This document shows, piece after piece, positions 1-9,104 of a stretch of DNA of 62,671 nucleotides. A program made the translations under genes and the position numbers. The notes under the pieces were generated by a model. It was not told the origin of the DNA, searched no databases, and saw only the letters and a list, made by a program, of their open reading frames with translations. Numbering within the stretch: position 1 is the first letter of the stretch; each line of letters opens with the position of its first letter. This DNA is from Phycisphaerae bacterium (GTDB lineage Bacteria; Planctomycetota; Phycisphaerae; UBA1845; PWPN01), in the NCBI GenBank assembly GCA_016928855.1, contig JAFGKA010000039.1:1-62671 (forward strand), written 5' to 3'.

Positions 1-102
1 GACGGGCTCGATACTCCTGCCCTTCTTGCGAAGCTTCTCCATCTGGCGTCGGGCGTTGGCGCGTCGCCGCGCGACGGGAACGTAGGGGGCCCAGAAGGGC
101 AT
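1..102 (-). CDS. SWIM zinc-finger-type protein, first 34 codons only (gene continues beyond the window start)
   Basis: Minus-strand ATG at 102-100, 11 nt downstream of the SNF2 stop. Hand translation MPFWAPYVPVARRRANARRQMEKLRKKGRSIEPV resembles the basic N-terminus of SWIM-domain partners of SNF2-associated-domain helicases. The SWIM motif itself is off-window. Confidence 0.45.
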   Translation of the reverse strand, partial: MPFWAPYVPVARRRANARRQMEKLRKKGRSIEPV

Positions 103-113
103 GTTCTGTCTCC

Positions 114-2795
114 TTACATCGCCGCCCGGGTCACATCCAGGCGGACCAGTTGCAGCAACTCGTCATCCGGCAATTCGGTCAGGTTGACTTCACTGTCGGC
201 CGCGAGGATCTCGTCGGCCAGGTGTCGCTTCTCCGCAATCAGTTGATCGATCCGCTCCTCGACCGTCCCGTTTGTGATGAACTTGTGCACCAGCACATTG
301 CGCTTCTGTCCGATGCGGAACGCCCGGTCGGTCGCCTGGTTTTCGACGGCCGGGTTCCACCAGCGGTCGAAGTGGATCACATGCGAAGCCGCCGTCAGAT
401 TCAGGCCCGTGCCGCCGGCCTTGAGCGACAACACGAAAAACGGCGGCCCATCGTCCTCCTGAAACTGCGCGACGATGTCCTTTCGTTGCTTGACGCTCGT
501 TCCGCCGTGCAAAACGAGGCCGGAGCGGCCGAAGACCGTCGCCAGGTGATCCGCCAACGGCGTGATAATCTCGCGAAACTGCGTGAAGATCAAGACCTTC
601 TCCTGACGTTCGGCCAGCTCTTCGCAAATCTCGCCAATACGCTGAAACTTGCCGCTATCAGAGGGGTTGTAGTCGCTGTCGCCGGTCAGTTGGCTGGGAT
701 GATTGCAGACCTGTTTCAGCCGCAGCAGGGTCTGGAGCACCAGGCCGCGCCGGGCGATGCCATCGACGTTCTCTAAGGCCGATTGCAGTTGCCGGACAGT
801 CTGTTCATAGAGCTTGACCTGCGGCTTGGTCAGGTTGCAGTAGCGCGGCGTTTCCGTCTTCTCCGGGAGATCGGCGATGATCGAACGGTCCGTCTTCAGC
901 CGCCGCAGGATGTACGGACCGACCAACTGACGCAACGGCGCAAACTGATTCCTCTCGCGGGCCTCCAGGCTCTTGATAAACGATTTGAACACGGTCGGCG
1001 AACCCAGCAGACCAGGATTGAGGAAGTCGAAGAGTGACCAGAGATCGCCCAGGCGATTTTCTACCGGTGTGCCGGTCAGGACAATCCGAGCACCGGCGGA
1101 GAGCTTCTTGGCGGCCTTGCTCTGACGAGTCGAGGGATTCTTGATCGCCTGAGCCTCGTCGAGAATCACCAGTTGCCAGTCGAATTGCATCAGCCAATCC
1201 TGGCGCGTCAGCATGGAGTAGGTCGTGACGGCCAAGTCGGTTCCTGAAAGACGACCGAGGGGATCCTTCCCGATCTGATCAAGCGTCCGACGATCCGCCT
1301 CGGCCGGATGCAGAAACGTCAGTCTGAGGGACGGCGCGAAACGTTCCGCTTCAGCCCGCCAGTTGCCAAGAAGAGATGCCGGCACGACCAACAACGACGG
1401 TGTGCGCTGCCGGTTCGTTCGTTTTTCCCGCTCGTTCAACAACAGTGCCAGCACCTGGATCGTTTTGCCTAAGCCCATGTCGTCCGCCAGACATGCGCCA
1501 AGCCCCAGCGACGTCAGGAATCGCAGCCAGTTGAGCCCTTCCTGCTGGTAGGGTCGGAGCGTACCGTTGAACCCGCTGCATGGGCCGGCCGGATCAAGCT
1601 CCGCCGGGTCACGAAGTCCCGCCAGGATACGTCGCATCCCTTCGCCGGCCGACACGTGCACCCACGCGCGTTCTTCTTCAACTTGCACCTCATGCTGCAG
1701 GTCCGCTGAGGCCCCGGCCAGAAGACGCATCCCCTCAATAAACGAAATCTCTCCGCTCTTTGCCTGCTTCTCGATGGCTCGCCAGTGATCGAGCGCCTCC
1801 CGCAGCTTCTCGCGATCCACCTCGACCCATCGGCCTTTGACCAACACCAGCCCATCTTCGCCAGCCAGCAGTTCGGCCAGTTCACGCGGCGAAACAGTCT
1901 CGTCGCCCAGAGCCATTTTCACGTCGAAGTCCAGCAGCGCGTCGGTTCCGAGGGTTGACTTCTTCGTTTCGCCGATCGTGACGGAGACCCGCGGGCGAGG
2001 CCGCTTCTTCCACCAATCGGGGACACGAACAGACAGGCCGGCATCCTCGAGCGCGGGTACCGATTGCAGGAACGTGTAGGCCCGCTTTGCCGTCCAGGCC
2101 ATAGGCTGATAGATCTCACCCGATTCCACCATCGCTCTGACCCACGGGCAACAGTCGGCCGCCCTCTGCACCGGCGAAAGCAGTTTGATCAGGCCGGGCC
2201 GGTTCTTCGCTCCGGCATACTGTTCGAGAGCCTTGCGAAGTGGCAGGTGCTTGAGTTGCCCGCCGGCGCCGAAGCCCGTCGCATAGGTCGCAAGGAATGC
2301 GAATGGCCGAAGTTCGTCCTGTTTATTCTCTGCGAGGTGGAGGCAGACGCGGCCCACCTGGTGCCATTTTGGGGCACGTGTCTGTAGGAACGTCTCCAGC
2401 TCGCCGGCTGCGACGATCGTCTCACACGTCCATTGGTGTAATCCCGCCCAAATGTCGACGAGAACCTGAATGGTTAGATATTCACCGCCTAGCATGGGGG
2501 GGGCGGTCAAGACCCACGTGCCACACTCAGCGGGCGATGGCGGATCGATCTCGATCGTTTCTGTAGATCCGGAGATGTGACACAACGCGGTGAGATACCG
2601 TTCCGCCACATGTTGCCAGTAGCGCAGGGTGAGTAAATCGCCTGTATCAATCTTCTCGGCCGCCAGCGTGAAGAGTCCCTCTCGCCAGTCCGCAGAGAAA
2701 TGTTCCTGCAACGCTGCCAATCGCGCAGGCGTGGGCCGGTCGTCGGGGGGGTCCCAATACAGATGCCCTGTCGGTGTGAGTCGGATGCTGGACAT
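114..2795 (-). CDS. SNF2/RapA-type DEAD/DEAH-box helicase with a long N-terminal SNF2-associated-type region (YwqA-like architecture)
   Basis: 893-aa ORF. Motif I LADDMGLGKT, motif II VILDEAQAIKN, helicase-C block LKAGGTGLNLTAASHVIHFDRWWNPAVENQATDRAFRIGQ. Confidence 0.9.
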   Translation of the reverse strand: MSSIRLTPTGHLYWDPPDDRPTPARLAALQEHFSADWREGLFTLAAEKIDTGDLLTLRYWQHVAERYLTALCHISGSTETIEIDPPSPAECGTWVLTAPPMLGGEYLTIQVLVDIWAGLHQWTCETIVAAGELETFLQTRAPKWHQVGRVCLHLAENKQDELRPFAFLATYATGFGAGGQLKHLPLRKALEQYAGAKNRPGLIKLLSPVQRAADCCPWVRAMVESGEIYQPMAWTAKRAYTFLQSVPALEDAGLSVRVPDWWKKRPRPRVSVTIGETKKSTLGTDALLDFDVKMALGDETVSPRELAELLAGEDGLVLVKGRWVEVDREKLREALDHWRAIEKQAKSGEISFIEGMRLLAGASADLQHEVQVEEERAWVHVSAGEGMRRILAGLRDPAELDPAGPCSGFNGTLRPYQQEGLNWLRFLTSLGLGACLADDMGLGKTIQVLALLLNEREKRTNRQRTPSLLVVPASLLGNWRAEAERFAPSLRLTFLHPAEADRRTLDQIGKDPLGRLSGTDLAVTTYSMLTRQDWLMQFDWQLVILDEAQAIKNPSTRQSKAAKKLSAGARIVLTGTPVENRLGDLWSLFDFLNPGLLGSPTVFKSFIKSLEARERNQFAPLRQLVGPYILRRLKTDRSIIADLPEKTETPRYCNLTKPQVKLYEQTVRQLQSALENVDGIARRGLVLQTLLRLKQVCNHPSQLTGDSDYNPSDSGKFQRIGEICEELAERQEKVLIFTQFREIITPLADHLATVFGRSGLVLHGGTSVKQRKDIVAQFQEDDGPPFFVLSLKAGGTGLNLTAASHVIHFDRWWNPAVENQATDRAFRIGQKRNVLVHKFITNGTVEERIDQLIAEKRHLADEILAADSEVNLTELPDDELLQLVRLDVTRAAM

Positions 2796-2892
2796 ATCTC
2801 TTGCTTTGTCTCCTCAGCAACAACGCGCGGGAACAGGCCCATCAGCTCATGGCCACAGACCAGTATTGCGCGCCGACAACAGATGGTACTGC

Positions 2893-3273
2893 TCAGAACT
2901 CGAATCCCACGGCGACCCAGTAATGCCAATCACCAATTGCTTGCCGTGTCTGCTCGTCCGTGTCGCCGATGGGCTTCAGTTGCGACAGCGGCACGGCCAC
3001 CCCCCCCTTTCGATCCCAGCGGATGCTCACAAACATCTCGCGCCTGCAATCATCTTCACCAAGCATGCCTATGACTTCCACCTCATCATCGACGCGCAGT
3101 GGCGAGATACTGCGATGCGCAATACACAGTGTGGTGAATGGGAATTGAAGCTTGTCTTCTAGGTAGTAGTACCAGCCCATGGCCCGTTCACCCGCATCGT
3201 AAGCGTCCACGACGACTTCTATCTCGATACGCTGCTCTCGTTTCTTGTCGCGATTCGGCCGTCGTTTCGCCAT
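2893..3273 (-). CDS. Small acidic protein, tentatively CcbP-like (cyanobacterial Ca2+-binding protein family)
   Basis: 126-aa ORF. The blocks AMGWYYYLEDKLQFPFTTLC and IGDWHYWVAVGFEF and the length recall the CcbP family. This is from memory and unverified. Confidence 0.5.
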   Translation of the reverse strand: MAKRRPNRDKKREQRIEIEVVVDAYDAGERAMGWYYYLEDKLQFPFTTLCIAHRSISPLRVDDEVEVIGMLGEDDCRREMFVSIRWDRKGGVAVPLSQLKPIGDTDEQTRQAIGDWHYWVAVGFEF

Positions 3274-3513
3274 CGCAATGCCTCCTGCGGGTGATCGTAC
3301 GTCGGCTCCTCGCCTTCACTTCGCAGGCTGGCCACAGAATATCACACGCGGGATTCCGCCGACACAGGCGTTGCTGCTCCCACCCTCATCCGGGGTGGGC
3401 CAGAACCGAACAAAATACGAATCTCACAACCCGACTGACCCACTTTTGACCCACGCAAGAAAAGAGTCGTGGCGATATATGTCGTAAGTTGTTTTGAGTC
3501 AATAAGATAAGAA

Positions 3514-3577
3514 AGCGTGCGATGGGATTCGGACCCATCCCGGCGCGCCGGGATGGGTTCGAATCCCATCGCCCGCT
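3514..3577. repeat. 64-nt near-perfect palindrome built from two inverted copies of a tRNA T-arm plus 3' acceptor strand
   Basis: Pairing checked base by base. 3519-3545 pairs with 3546-3572 (26 Watson-Crick pairs plus one G-T). It extends to 3514/3577 with one mismatch. The right arm reads GGGTTCGAATCCCATCGCCCGCT, a canonical T-loop and acceptor 3' end. No 5' acceptor, D-arm or anticodon arm is present. Confidence 0.85.
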
Positions 3578-3949
3578 ATCATAACTCATTCCATTTAAAC
3601 GCCTTACGACCAAAGCCTCAACCGATGATGTTCAGCCGAAAGTGGTAATTACCACATCGTCGTCAAGTATCTACCCCAGCTCAGAGGCTGGAATCGAGGT
3701 TCTGTCCCGTTTGACCGGGCTTGTCGCTCAGCCAACTTGGCTGAACGTCGACGGTTCGGTATCGATCTACCGCCGCAACCGTCGCACGGATGTGGAACGC
3801 GCCTGGAGATCCCATCGATCTCTGAAGCACCAATGTATGGGGCAGAGTCACCTGTTTCTCGTTCTTGCTGAGAAGACGGCCTTCAACCGCTTACCGTTTG
3901 CGTGGCTGGCATGGGTCTCAGGTAGCGAGCTATTCTGGTCATGTCAGGC

Positions 3950-3978
3950 TTGTCAGCAGGAGACGGGGTACCTAAGAT
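3950..3978 (+). promoter_or_regulatory. Candidate sigma70-type promoter (TTGTCA-17 nt-TAAGAT) just upstream of the proposed TetR GTG start
   Basis: -35 at 3950-3955 and -10 at 3973-3978. The GTG at 3987 lies 8 nt after the -10, which would give a leaderless or near-leaderless mRNA. Pattern match only. Confidence 0.2.
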
Positions 3979-3986
3979 CGGACGCC

Positions 3987-4670
3987 GTGTCAGAAAATCG
4001 ACCATCAGCCCGAATACGCCGCCCCGCTCACCGCCCAACGAATCGTCTCCGGAAGTCGGATCGGGCCCGGCGCGCGATCATCGATAGCGCAGTCAAGTTC
4101 CTCTGGACGCGCCCGTTCCGGGGAATGACGGTTGCGGACCTGATGGCCCGGACTCGACTCAGTCGGCCGGCGTTCTACCAGTACTTCAGCGATCTCCACG
4201 ATCTGATCGAGGTGCTTCTGCGTGAGGTCGAGTCCATCATGCACCAGACGGCCAACCCCTGGCTCAGCGGAGAAGGTGAGCCGATCGCCGCTCTTCGGGA
4301 ATCGCAGAAAGGCGTCGTGCAGGTCTGTCTTGATCACGGCCCGATCTTCCGGGCCGTTTCGGAGGCCGCGCCGCTCGACGAGCGCCTCGAGCGCGCATGG
4401 TCGGCGTTCACGAAACGCTGGGACGATGTGGTCGAGGCCCGAATCAAGTCGCAGCAGCGAGATGGCTTGATCTCGAAGTCACTGAATGCGCGGCGGATCG
4501 CAAACGCGCTGAATCATATGGATACGACCTTGCTGATTGCGGAATTCGGACGTCGACCGCAAGGTGACCCGAAGGCGGTCCTGGACACGTTGCACCACAT
4601 CTGGACCGCAGCCCTCTATGGCGGACAGCGAGCCGCTCGAATGCCGCGCAAGAGCCCGCGGAAATCATGA
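3987..4670 (+). CDS. TetR/AcrR family transcriptional regulator
   Basis: HTH block RRAIIDSAVKFLWTRPFRGMTVADLMARTRLSRPAFYQYFSDLHDLIEVLL. The longest ORF starts at GTG 3642, but the family domain begins near 4060. An in-frame GTG at 3987 gives a typical 227-aa TetR, so the start is uncertain. Confidence 0.8.
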   Translation: MSENRPSARIRRPAHRPTNRLRKSDRARRAIIDSAVKFLWTRPFRGMTVADLMARTRLSRPAFYQYFSDLHDLIEVLLREVESIMHQTANPWLSGEGEPIAALRESQKGVVQVCLDHGPIFRAVSEAAPLDERLERAWSAFTKRWDDVVEARIKSQQRDGLISKSLNARRIANALNHMDTTLLIAEFGRRPQGDPKAVLDTLHHIWTAALYGGQRAARMPRKSPRKS

Positions 4671-4878
4671 CTGCCCAGGAGGATGAGAATCCTGAAAAAA
4701 CCGATCGCGACCAAGTGGGTTTGGGGCGGCCATCTGTCGCACCGTTAGCGTGGACTCAACCCCGTTCAATACCTTGAGGGATACAACCAACTGTCTTTGG
4801 CCCACAGAAGTGACATAACTCCAAAGGAATAAGCAAGAACGTAGTTAATCAAGAACACCGAAATGAAAGGATGATGAA

Positions 4879-6444
4879 ATGGGCAACTCACTCAGAGCAA
4901 CATCGGGCGTGTTTATAGCGACGTGGTTGAGCGCGCCGGTCTGGGCCGTAGAACCGCCGAAGATGAATATGACGACGGACATTCCCGCGTCCATCACCAC
5001 GCCGGACCGCGTCGAGACACGCATCGGCACCCTCGAGTTCTTCGATGGGATCCCAACCAAGGAGACATCCGAGCTGGTCTACGACTACCTCGACTTCTCG
5101 CGGGCCATGGAGACCTTCCTGAATGGGATCCCCGCCGCCTCGCTTGAAGTACTTCGGCTTGGTGCGGCTTCGCTCGGCGCTAAGAGCTCGAACCAGGTCT
5201 TGTACTTCGACAAGCTGATGGACAGCAAGGCGCTGTTTCTCACCGGCAACACCAGCACCGTCTATTGTTCTCCCTTTCTCGACCTGAAGAAGGATGGCCC
5301 GACGGTAGTTGAAATCCCGGCAGGGGCCGGCCCGGGGACGGTGAACGATGCCTACTTCCGCTTTGCGATCGATATGGGTGCACCTGGCCCGGACAGGGGG
5401 AAAGGCGGCAAGTACCTGATCCTTCCCCCGGACTATGAGGGCGACCTCGAAGGTCCCATCGGCGGCAAGGCACAGGTCATCGACGGCGAGACCTATTTCG
5501 TTGCCAGGTCAACCAGCTATGTGAACTGGGTCGCATTGCGTGGATTCCTCGTCGACGGCAAGCCGGACGCAGCCGCCAAGATGTGGAGGGAAGGCCTGAA
5601 AATCTATCCCCTCGCCAGGAAAGATAATCCGCCCGCGATGGAGTTCATCAGCGGCTCCGGAAAGTCGTTCAACACGATTCACGCCAACAACTTCGAGTTC
5701 TACGAGGAGCTCCACACCGTCATCGAGCGTGAACCCGTCGAGATGCTCGACCCCGAGCTGCGCGGACTCTTCGCCTCCATCGGGATCGAGAAGGGCAAGC
5801 CTTTTGCCCCGGACGCGCGGATGAAGAAAATCATGAACGAAGCGGTGGCGGTGGCGAATGCGACATCACGGGCCATGCTCTGGGACGAGCGCAACAAGGA
5901 CGAGTTCCTCTACGAAGGCAGCTACTGGAAAAGGGGTTATCCAGGCGACAACTATCAGTTCCTCAAGAATGAGGGGATGGGCGGGCGCAACCTGGATGCA
6001 CGGACCAGCTTCTACTACTTTGCCACGGTGAACACCCCGGCGATGGCGATGAAATTGGTCGGCGCGGGATCACAATACGCCTGGGGTTATCTGGACTCCA
6101 ACGGCGACTACCTCGACGGCAGCAAGACCTACAAACTGAACATCCCCAAAGATGCTCCTGCCCTGAAATTCTGGTCGGTGTGTGTCTATGACCCTCAGAC
6201 CCGCTCCATGCTCCAGACGGACCAGACCTTCCCGAGCAAGCAGAGCCAGCGTGACAAGTTGATCCCCAACGACGACGGATCGATCGATCTTTACTTCGGC
6301 CCCAAGGCTCCGGCCGGCAAGGAGGCGAACTGGACCCAGACGGTTCCCGGCAAGGGTTGGTTTGCTCTCCTGCGTCTCTACAGCCCCACCGAGCCATGGT
6401 TCGACAAGACCTGGCGACCGGGCGAGATCGAACTGGTGAAGTGA
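4879..6444 (+). CDS. Secreted DUF1254/DUF1214 two-domain protein
   Basis: 521 aa. Signal peptide, NTSTVYCSPFLDL (DUF1254-type) and KFWSVCVYDPQTRSMLQTDQ ... GKGWFALLRLYSPTEPWFDKTWRPGEIELVK (DUF1214-type). Confidence 0.85.
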   Translation: MGNSLRATSGVFIATWLSAPVWAVEPPKMNMTTDIPASITTPDRVETRIGTLEFFDGIPTKETSELVYDYLDFSRAMETFLNGIPAASLEVLRLGAASLGAKSSNQVLYFDKLMDSKALFLTGNTSTVYCSPFLDLKKDGPTVVEIPAGAGPGTVNDAYFRFAIDMGAPGPDRGKGGKYLILPPDYEGDLEGPIGGKAQVIDGETYFVARSTSYVNWVALRGFLVDGKPDAAAKMWREGLKIYPLARKDNPPAMEFISGSGKSFNTIHANNFEFYEELHTVIEREPVEMLDPELRGLFASIGIEKGKPFAPDARMKKIMNEAVAVANATSRAMLWDERNKDEFLYEGSYWKRGYPGDNYQFLKNEGMGGRNLDARTSFYYFATVNTPAMAMKLVGAGSQYAWGYLDSNGDYLDGSKTYKLNIPKDAPALKFWSVCVYDPQTRSMLQTDQTFPSKQSQRDKLIPNDDGSIDLYFGPKAPAGKEANWTQTVPGKGWFALLRLYSPTEPWFDKTWRPGEIELVK

Positions 6445-6478
6445 CCGAATGAAACAGCCAAGAAACGGAGATGTAATC

Positions 6479-7999
6479 ATGAAAAGAAAACACCATATAC
6501 CCGCGCTGCTGGTATTTGTCGCAGCGCTGTCCGTGACCCTCGGTTCCGCCTTGGCGGCGGAACCCAAATACAAGGCCGACGTGCCTTCGAGCCTGATCAC
6601 GCCAGACAAGGTGCAGACCGAATTCCTCGGCGAGCTCGAGTTCAAGGACGGCATGCCCAGCGAGGCGACCGTTAAGAAGACCTACGACTTCATCGATCTG
6701 GCGCGCGCCACCGAAGCGTTCCTCAATGGCATCCCGCCGACATCCATCTACGCCATGCTGGAAGGCATGAAGGCTACCGGCGCGAATCCGGGCGATCTGG
6801 TTCTTTGGAAGAATTATGGTGACGCACGCACGCTGGCCCTGACCTTCAATACCTCGACGCCCTACGCCTTTGCTGAAATCAATGTCAAGGCCGAGCCGGC
6901 CATCGTGGAAGTCCCGCCCGGACGTCTGGTCGGCGCGGTGGATGATGCCTTCTTCCGCTGGGTGACCGATCTTGGCCTGACCGGCCCGAACCAAGGCAAG
7001 GGCGGCAAGTATGTCTTTGTCGGTCCCGACCATAAAGGTGCGCTTCCCGACGGCTATCGCGTCGTGAAGACCCCCACCTACCGCAACTGGATGTTCCTGC
7101 GTGCGCTGGTCCAGAACGGAGACGTCGAAACGGCCACCCTGGGCCTGAGGACGGAGTTCCGCATCTATCCGCTCTCGCAGCTGAAGAACCCGCCCAAGGG
7201 ACGCTGGGTGGATGCGTCAGGTGCGAAGATCAACACCATCCATGCCAACGACTACAGCTTCTGGCATGAGTTGGACGCGGTGGTTCAATACGAACCAAGC
7301 GATGCCTTCAACCCCGAGCTGGTCGGCCAGTTTGCCGCAATTGGGATCAAGAAGGGCAAACCCTTCGCACCCGACGCCCGGATGAAGAAGATCCTCACCG
7401 AGGGCGTGGCCATCGGCAATGCCACGGCGCGATCAATCACCTTCCGTCCCCGCTTGGAGAGTGCCTATTTTTACCCGGGCAAGCGCCAGTGGTATTCCTG
7501 CTTCACGGGTGGCAGCCACGAATTCATGAACAACGGCGAGCTCGTGCTGGATGACCGCATCATGTTCCACTACTACGCCACCGCCATCACCCCGGCCATG
7601 GCCAAGCCAGTAGTTGGCACCGGCTCGGCCTATGAGATCGGCGCCCACGATTCGGAAGGCCGCTACCTCGACGGCGGCAAGACCTACAAATGCACGTTGC
7701 CCGGCCCGGTTCCCGCCAAGGATTTCTGGTCCTTCGTGGTCTATGACAACCAGACCCGTTCGGTGCTGGAAACCGACCAGAAAACCGGCGGCCTCGACAG
7801 CAACAACCCGTCTGTGAAAGCCAACGCTGACGGTTCCTACACCATGTGGTTCGGGCCTAAGGCACCGGCAGGCCACGAAGGCAACTGGATCCAGACCATG
7901 CCCGGGAAGGGCTACAACATCCTCCTGCGCCTCTACGGCCCGCTGCAACCGTGGTTCGACAAGACCTGGATGCCGGGTGACTTCGAACTGGTGAAGTAG
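6479..7999 (+). CDS. Secreted DUF1254/DUF1214 two-domain protein (tandem paralogue)
   Basis: Collinear with the previous gene, for example GKGGKYVFVGPD, DFWSFVVYDNQTRSVLETDQ and GKGYNILLRLYGPLQPWFDKTWMPGDFELVK. ATG 6479 has a GGAG RBS and gives the signal peptide MKRKHHIPALLVFVAALSVTLGSALA. The longest ORF starts at 6449. Confidence 0.85.
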   Translation: MKRKHHIPALLVFVAALSVTLGSALAAEPKYKADVPSSLITPDKVQTEFLGELEFKDGMPSEATVKKTYDFIDLARATEAFLNGIPPTSIYAMLEGMKATGANPGDLVLWKNYGDARTLALTFNTSTPYAFAEINVKAEPAIVEVPPGRLVGAVDDAFFRWVTDLGLTGPNQGKGGKYVFVGPDHKGALPDGYRVVKTPTYRNWMFLRALVQNGDVETATLGLRTEFRIYPLSQLKNPPKGRWVDASGAKINTIHANDYSFWHELDAVVQYEPSDAFNPELVGQFAAIGIKKGKPFAPDARMKKILTEGVAIGNATARSITFRPRLESAYFYPGKRQWYSCFTGGSHEFMNNGELVLDDRIMFHYYATAITPAMAKPVVGTGSAYEIGAHDSEGRYLDGGKTYKCTLPGPVPAKDFWSFVVYDNQTRSVLETDQKTGGLDSNNPSVKANADGSYTMWFGPKAPAGHEGNWIQTMPGKGYNILLRLYGPLQPWFDKTWMPGDFELVK

Positions 8000-8051
8000 G
8001 CCAACCCAACAACCCATGGAATACATTACTAAATCCGGCGGAGATACGGTA

Positions 8052-9077
8052 ATGAGCACTTGCTCCCACATCGCGATCATTGCAGGCACAAGCGCTGTCT
8101 TGCTTCTTGGCAGCGCCGGGACCTATGCTGAAGGTCCTTCCGACCTCACGCTTTCGCTGTCCTACGCCTCGCTCGCGCAAGCGGACGAGCCGGCTGGCCA
8201 GCAGGCAATCGAGGACGATGAAGTGCCGCGGCCTGCCGCAGGTGACGCTTCATCGACCGATTTGGCCAAGAAGCTCCAGAACCCGGTCGCGGATCTCATC
8301 AGCTTTCCAATCCAGAGCAACTTGGACTTCGGCGGCGGAATCGACCTGCCGTCGACTGGGCGATCGCGCTTTTTTAACCGGGTGCTTCCGCGCGGGCCGG
8401 CGCGTCTCGCCACCCGCGTCCTTAACTTCGCGTTGGGCGAAGAGCCCGACCGCGACCAAGCGTTCAAGTACCTGCTGAACATCCAGCCGGTGATCCCGAT
8501 CACCCTGAACGACGACTGGAACGTGATCAGCCGGACGATCCTGCCGGTCGTCTACCAGGACAACGTACTCGGCGTATCCAGTCAGGGAGGGATGGGTGAC
8601 ATCCTGCAGAGCCTGTTCTTCTCGCCCAAGTCAACGGAGCCGTTCATCTGGGGTGTGGGACCGGTGTTCCTGTTTCCCACTGCCACCGACGACTCACTTG
8701 GGGCCGATCGCTGGGGCATGGGACCCACCGGCGTCATTCTCAAGCAGAGCGGCCCGTGGACGTACGGTATGCTCGCGAACCACATCTGGTCGTTCGCCCG
8801 CGACGACAATCGCAAGGAGATCAACGCCACCTACCTGCAGCCGTTCCTTTCGTATACGTTCAAGACCGCGACGACGCTCTCGTTCAGCACGGAATCGACG
8901 TACGACTGGGTCGGCAATCAATGGACCGTGCCGCTGGTTGGCGGGGTCAGCCAGTTGGTCAAGATCGGCAAGCTGCCCGTGAGTCTGGGTGTGAACGGCA
9001 AGTATTGGGTCGAAGGCCCCGACAGCGCCCCCGATTGGGGAATCCGATTCACGATGACTTTCCTGTTCCCGAAATGA
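8052..9077 (+). CDS. Outer-membrane beta-barrel protein (MetA-pathway/'transporter'-like OMP family, tentative)
   Basis: ATG 8052 follows GGAGA. Signal peptide MSTCSHIAIIAGTSAVLLLGSAGTYAEG, block LQNPVADLISFPIQSNLDFGGG, alternating strand pattern, C-terminus RFTMTFLFPK. Confidence 0.6.
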   Translation: MSTCSHIAIIAGTSAVLLLGSAGTYAEGPSDLTLSLSYASLAQADEPAGQQAIEDDEVPRPAAGDASSTDLAKKLQNPVADLISFPIQSNLDFGGGIDLPSTGRSRFFNRVLPRGPARLATRVLNFALGEEPDRDQAFKYLLNIQPVIPITLNDDWNVISRTILPVVYQDNVLGVSSQGGMGDILQSLFFSPKSTEPFIWGVGPVFLFPTATDDSLGADRWGMGPTGVILKQSGPWTYGMLANHIWSFARDDNRKEINATYLQPFLSYTFKTATTLSFSTESTYDWVGNQWTVPLVGGVSQLVKIGKLPVSLGVNGKYWVEGPDSAPDWGIRFTMTFLFPK

Positions 9078-9104
9078 GCACCGCCGGATTCCTCGGCAAG
9101 TAGA

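Noticed and set aside
3514-3580. A tRNA gene at the T-arm-like sequence GGGTTCGAATCCCATCGCCCGCT
   Set aside because: No complementary 5' acceptor strand (GCGGGCG), D-arm or anticodon arm lies within 80 nt upstream. The region is a palindrome of two 3'-halves, not a cloverleaf.
3642-3986. A 115-codon N-terminal extension of the TetR regulator (longest ORF from GTG 3642)
   Set aside because: TetR proteins normally begin about 10-25 residues before the HTH. The extension has lower GC, no recognisable domain, and an internal GTG at 3987 with a promoter-like element in front. The extension cannot be excluded without data.
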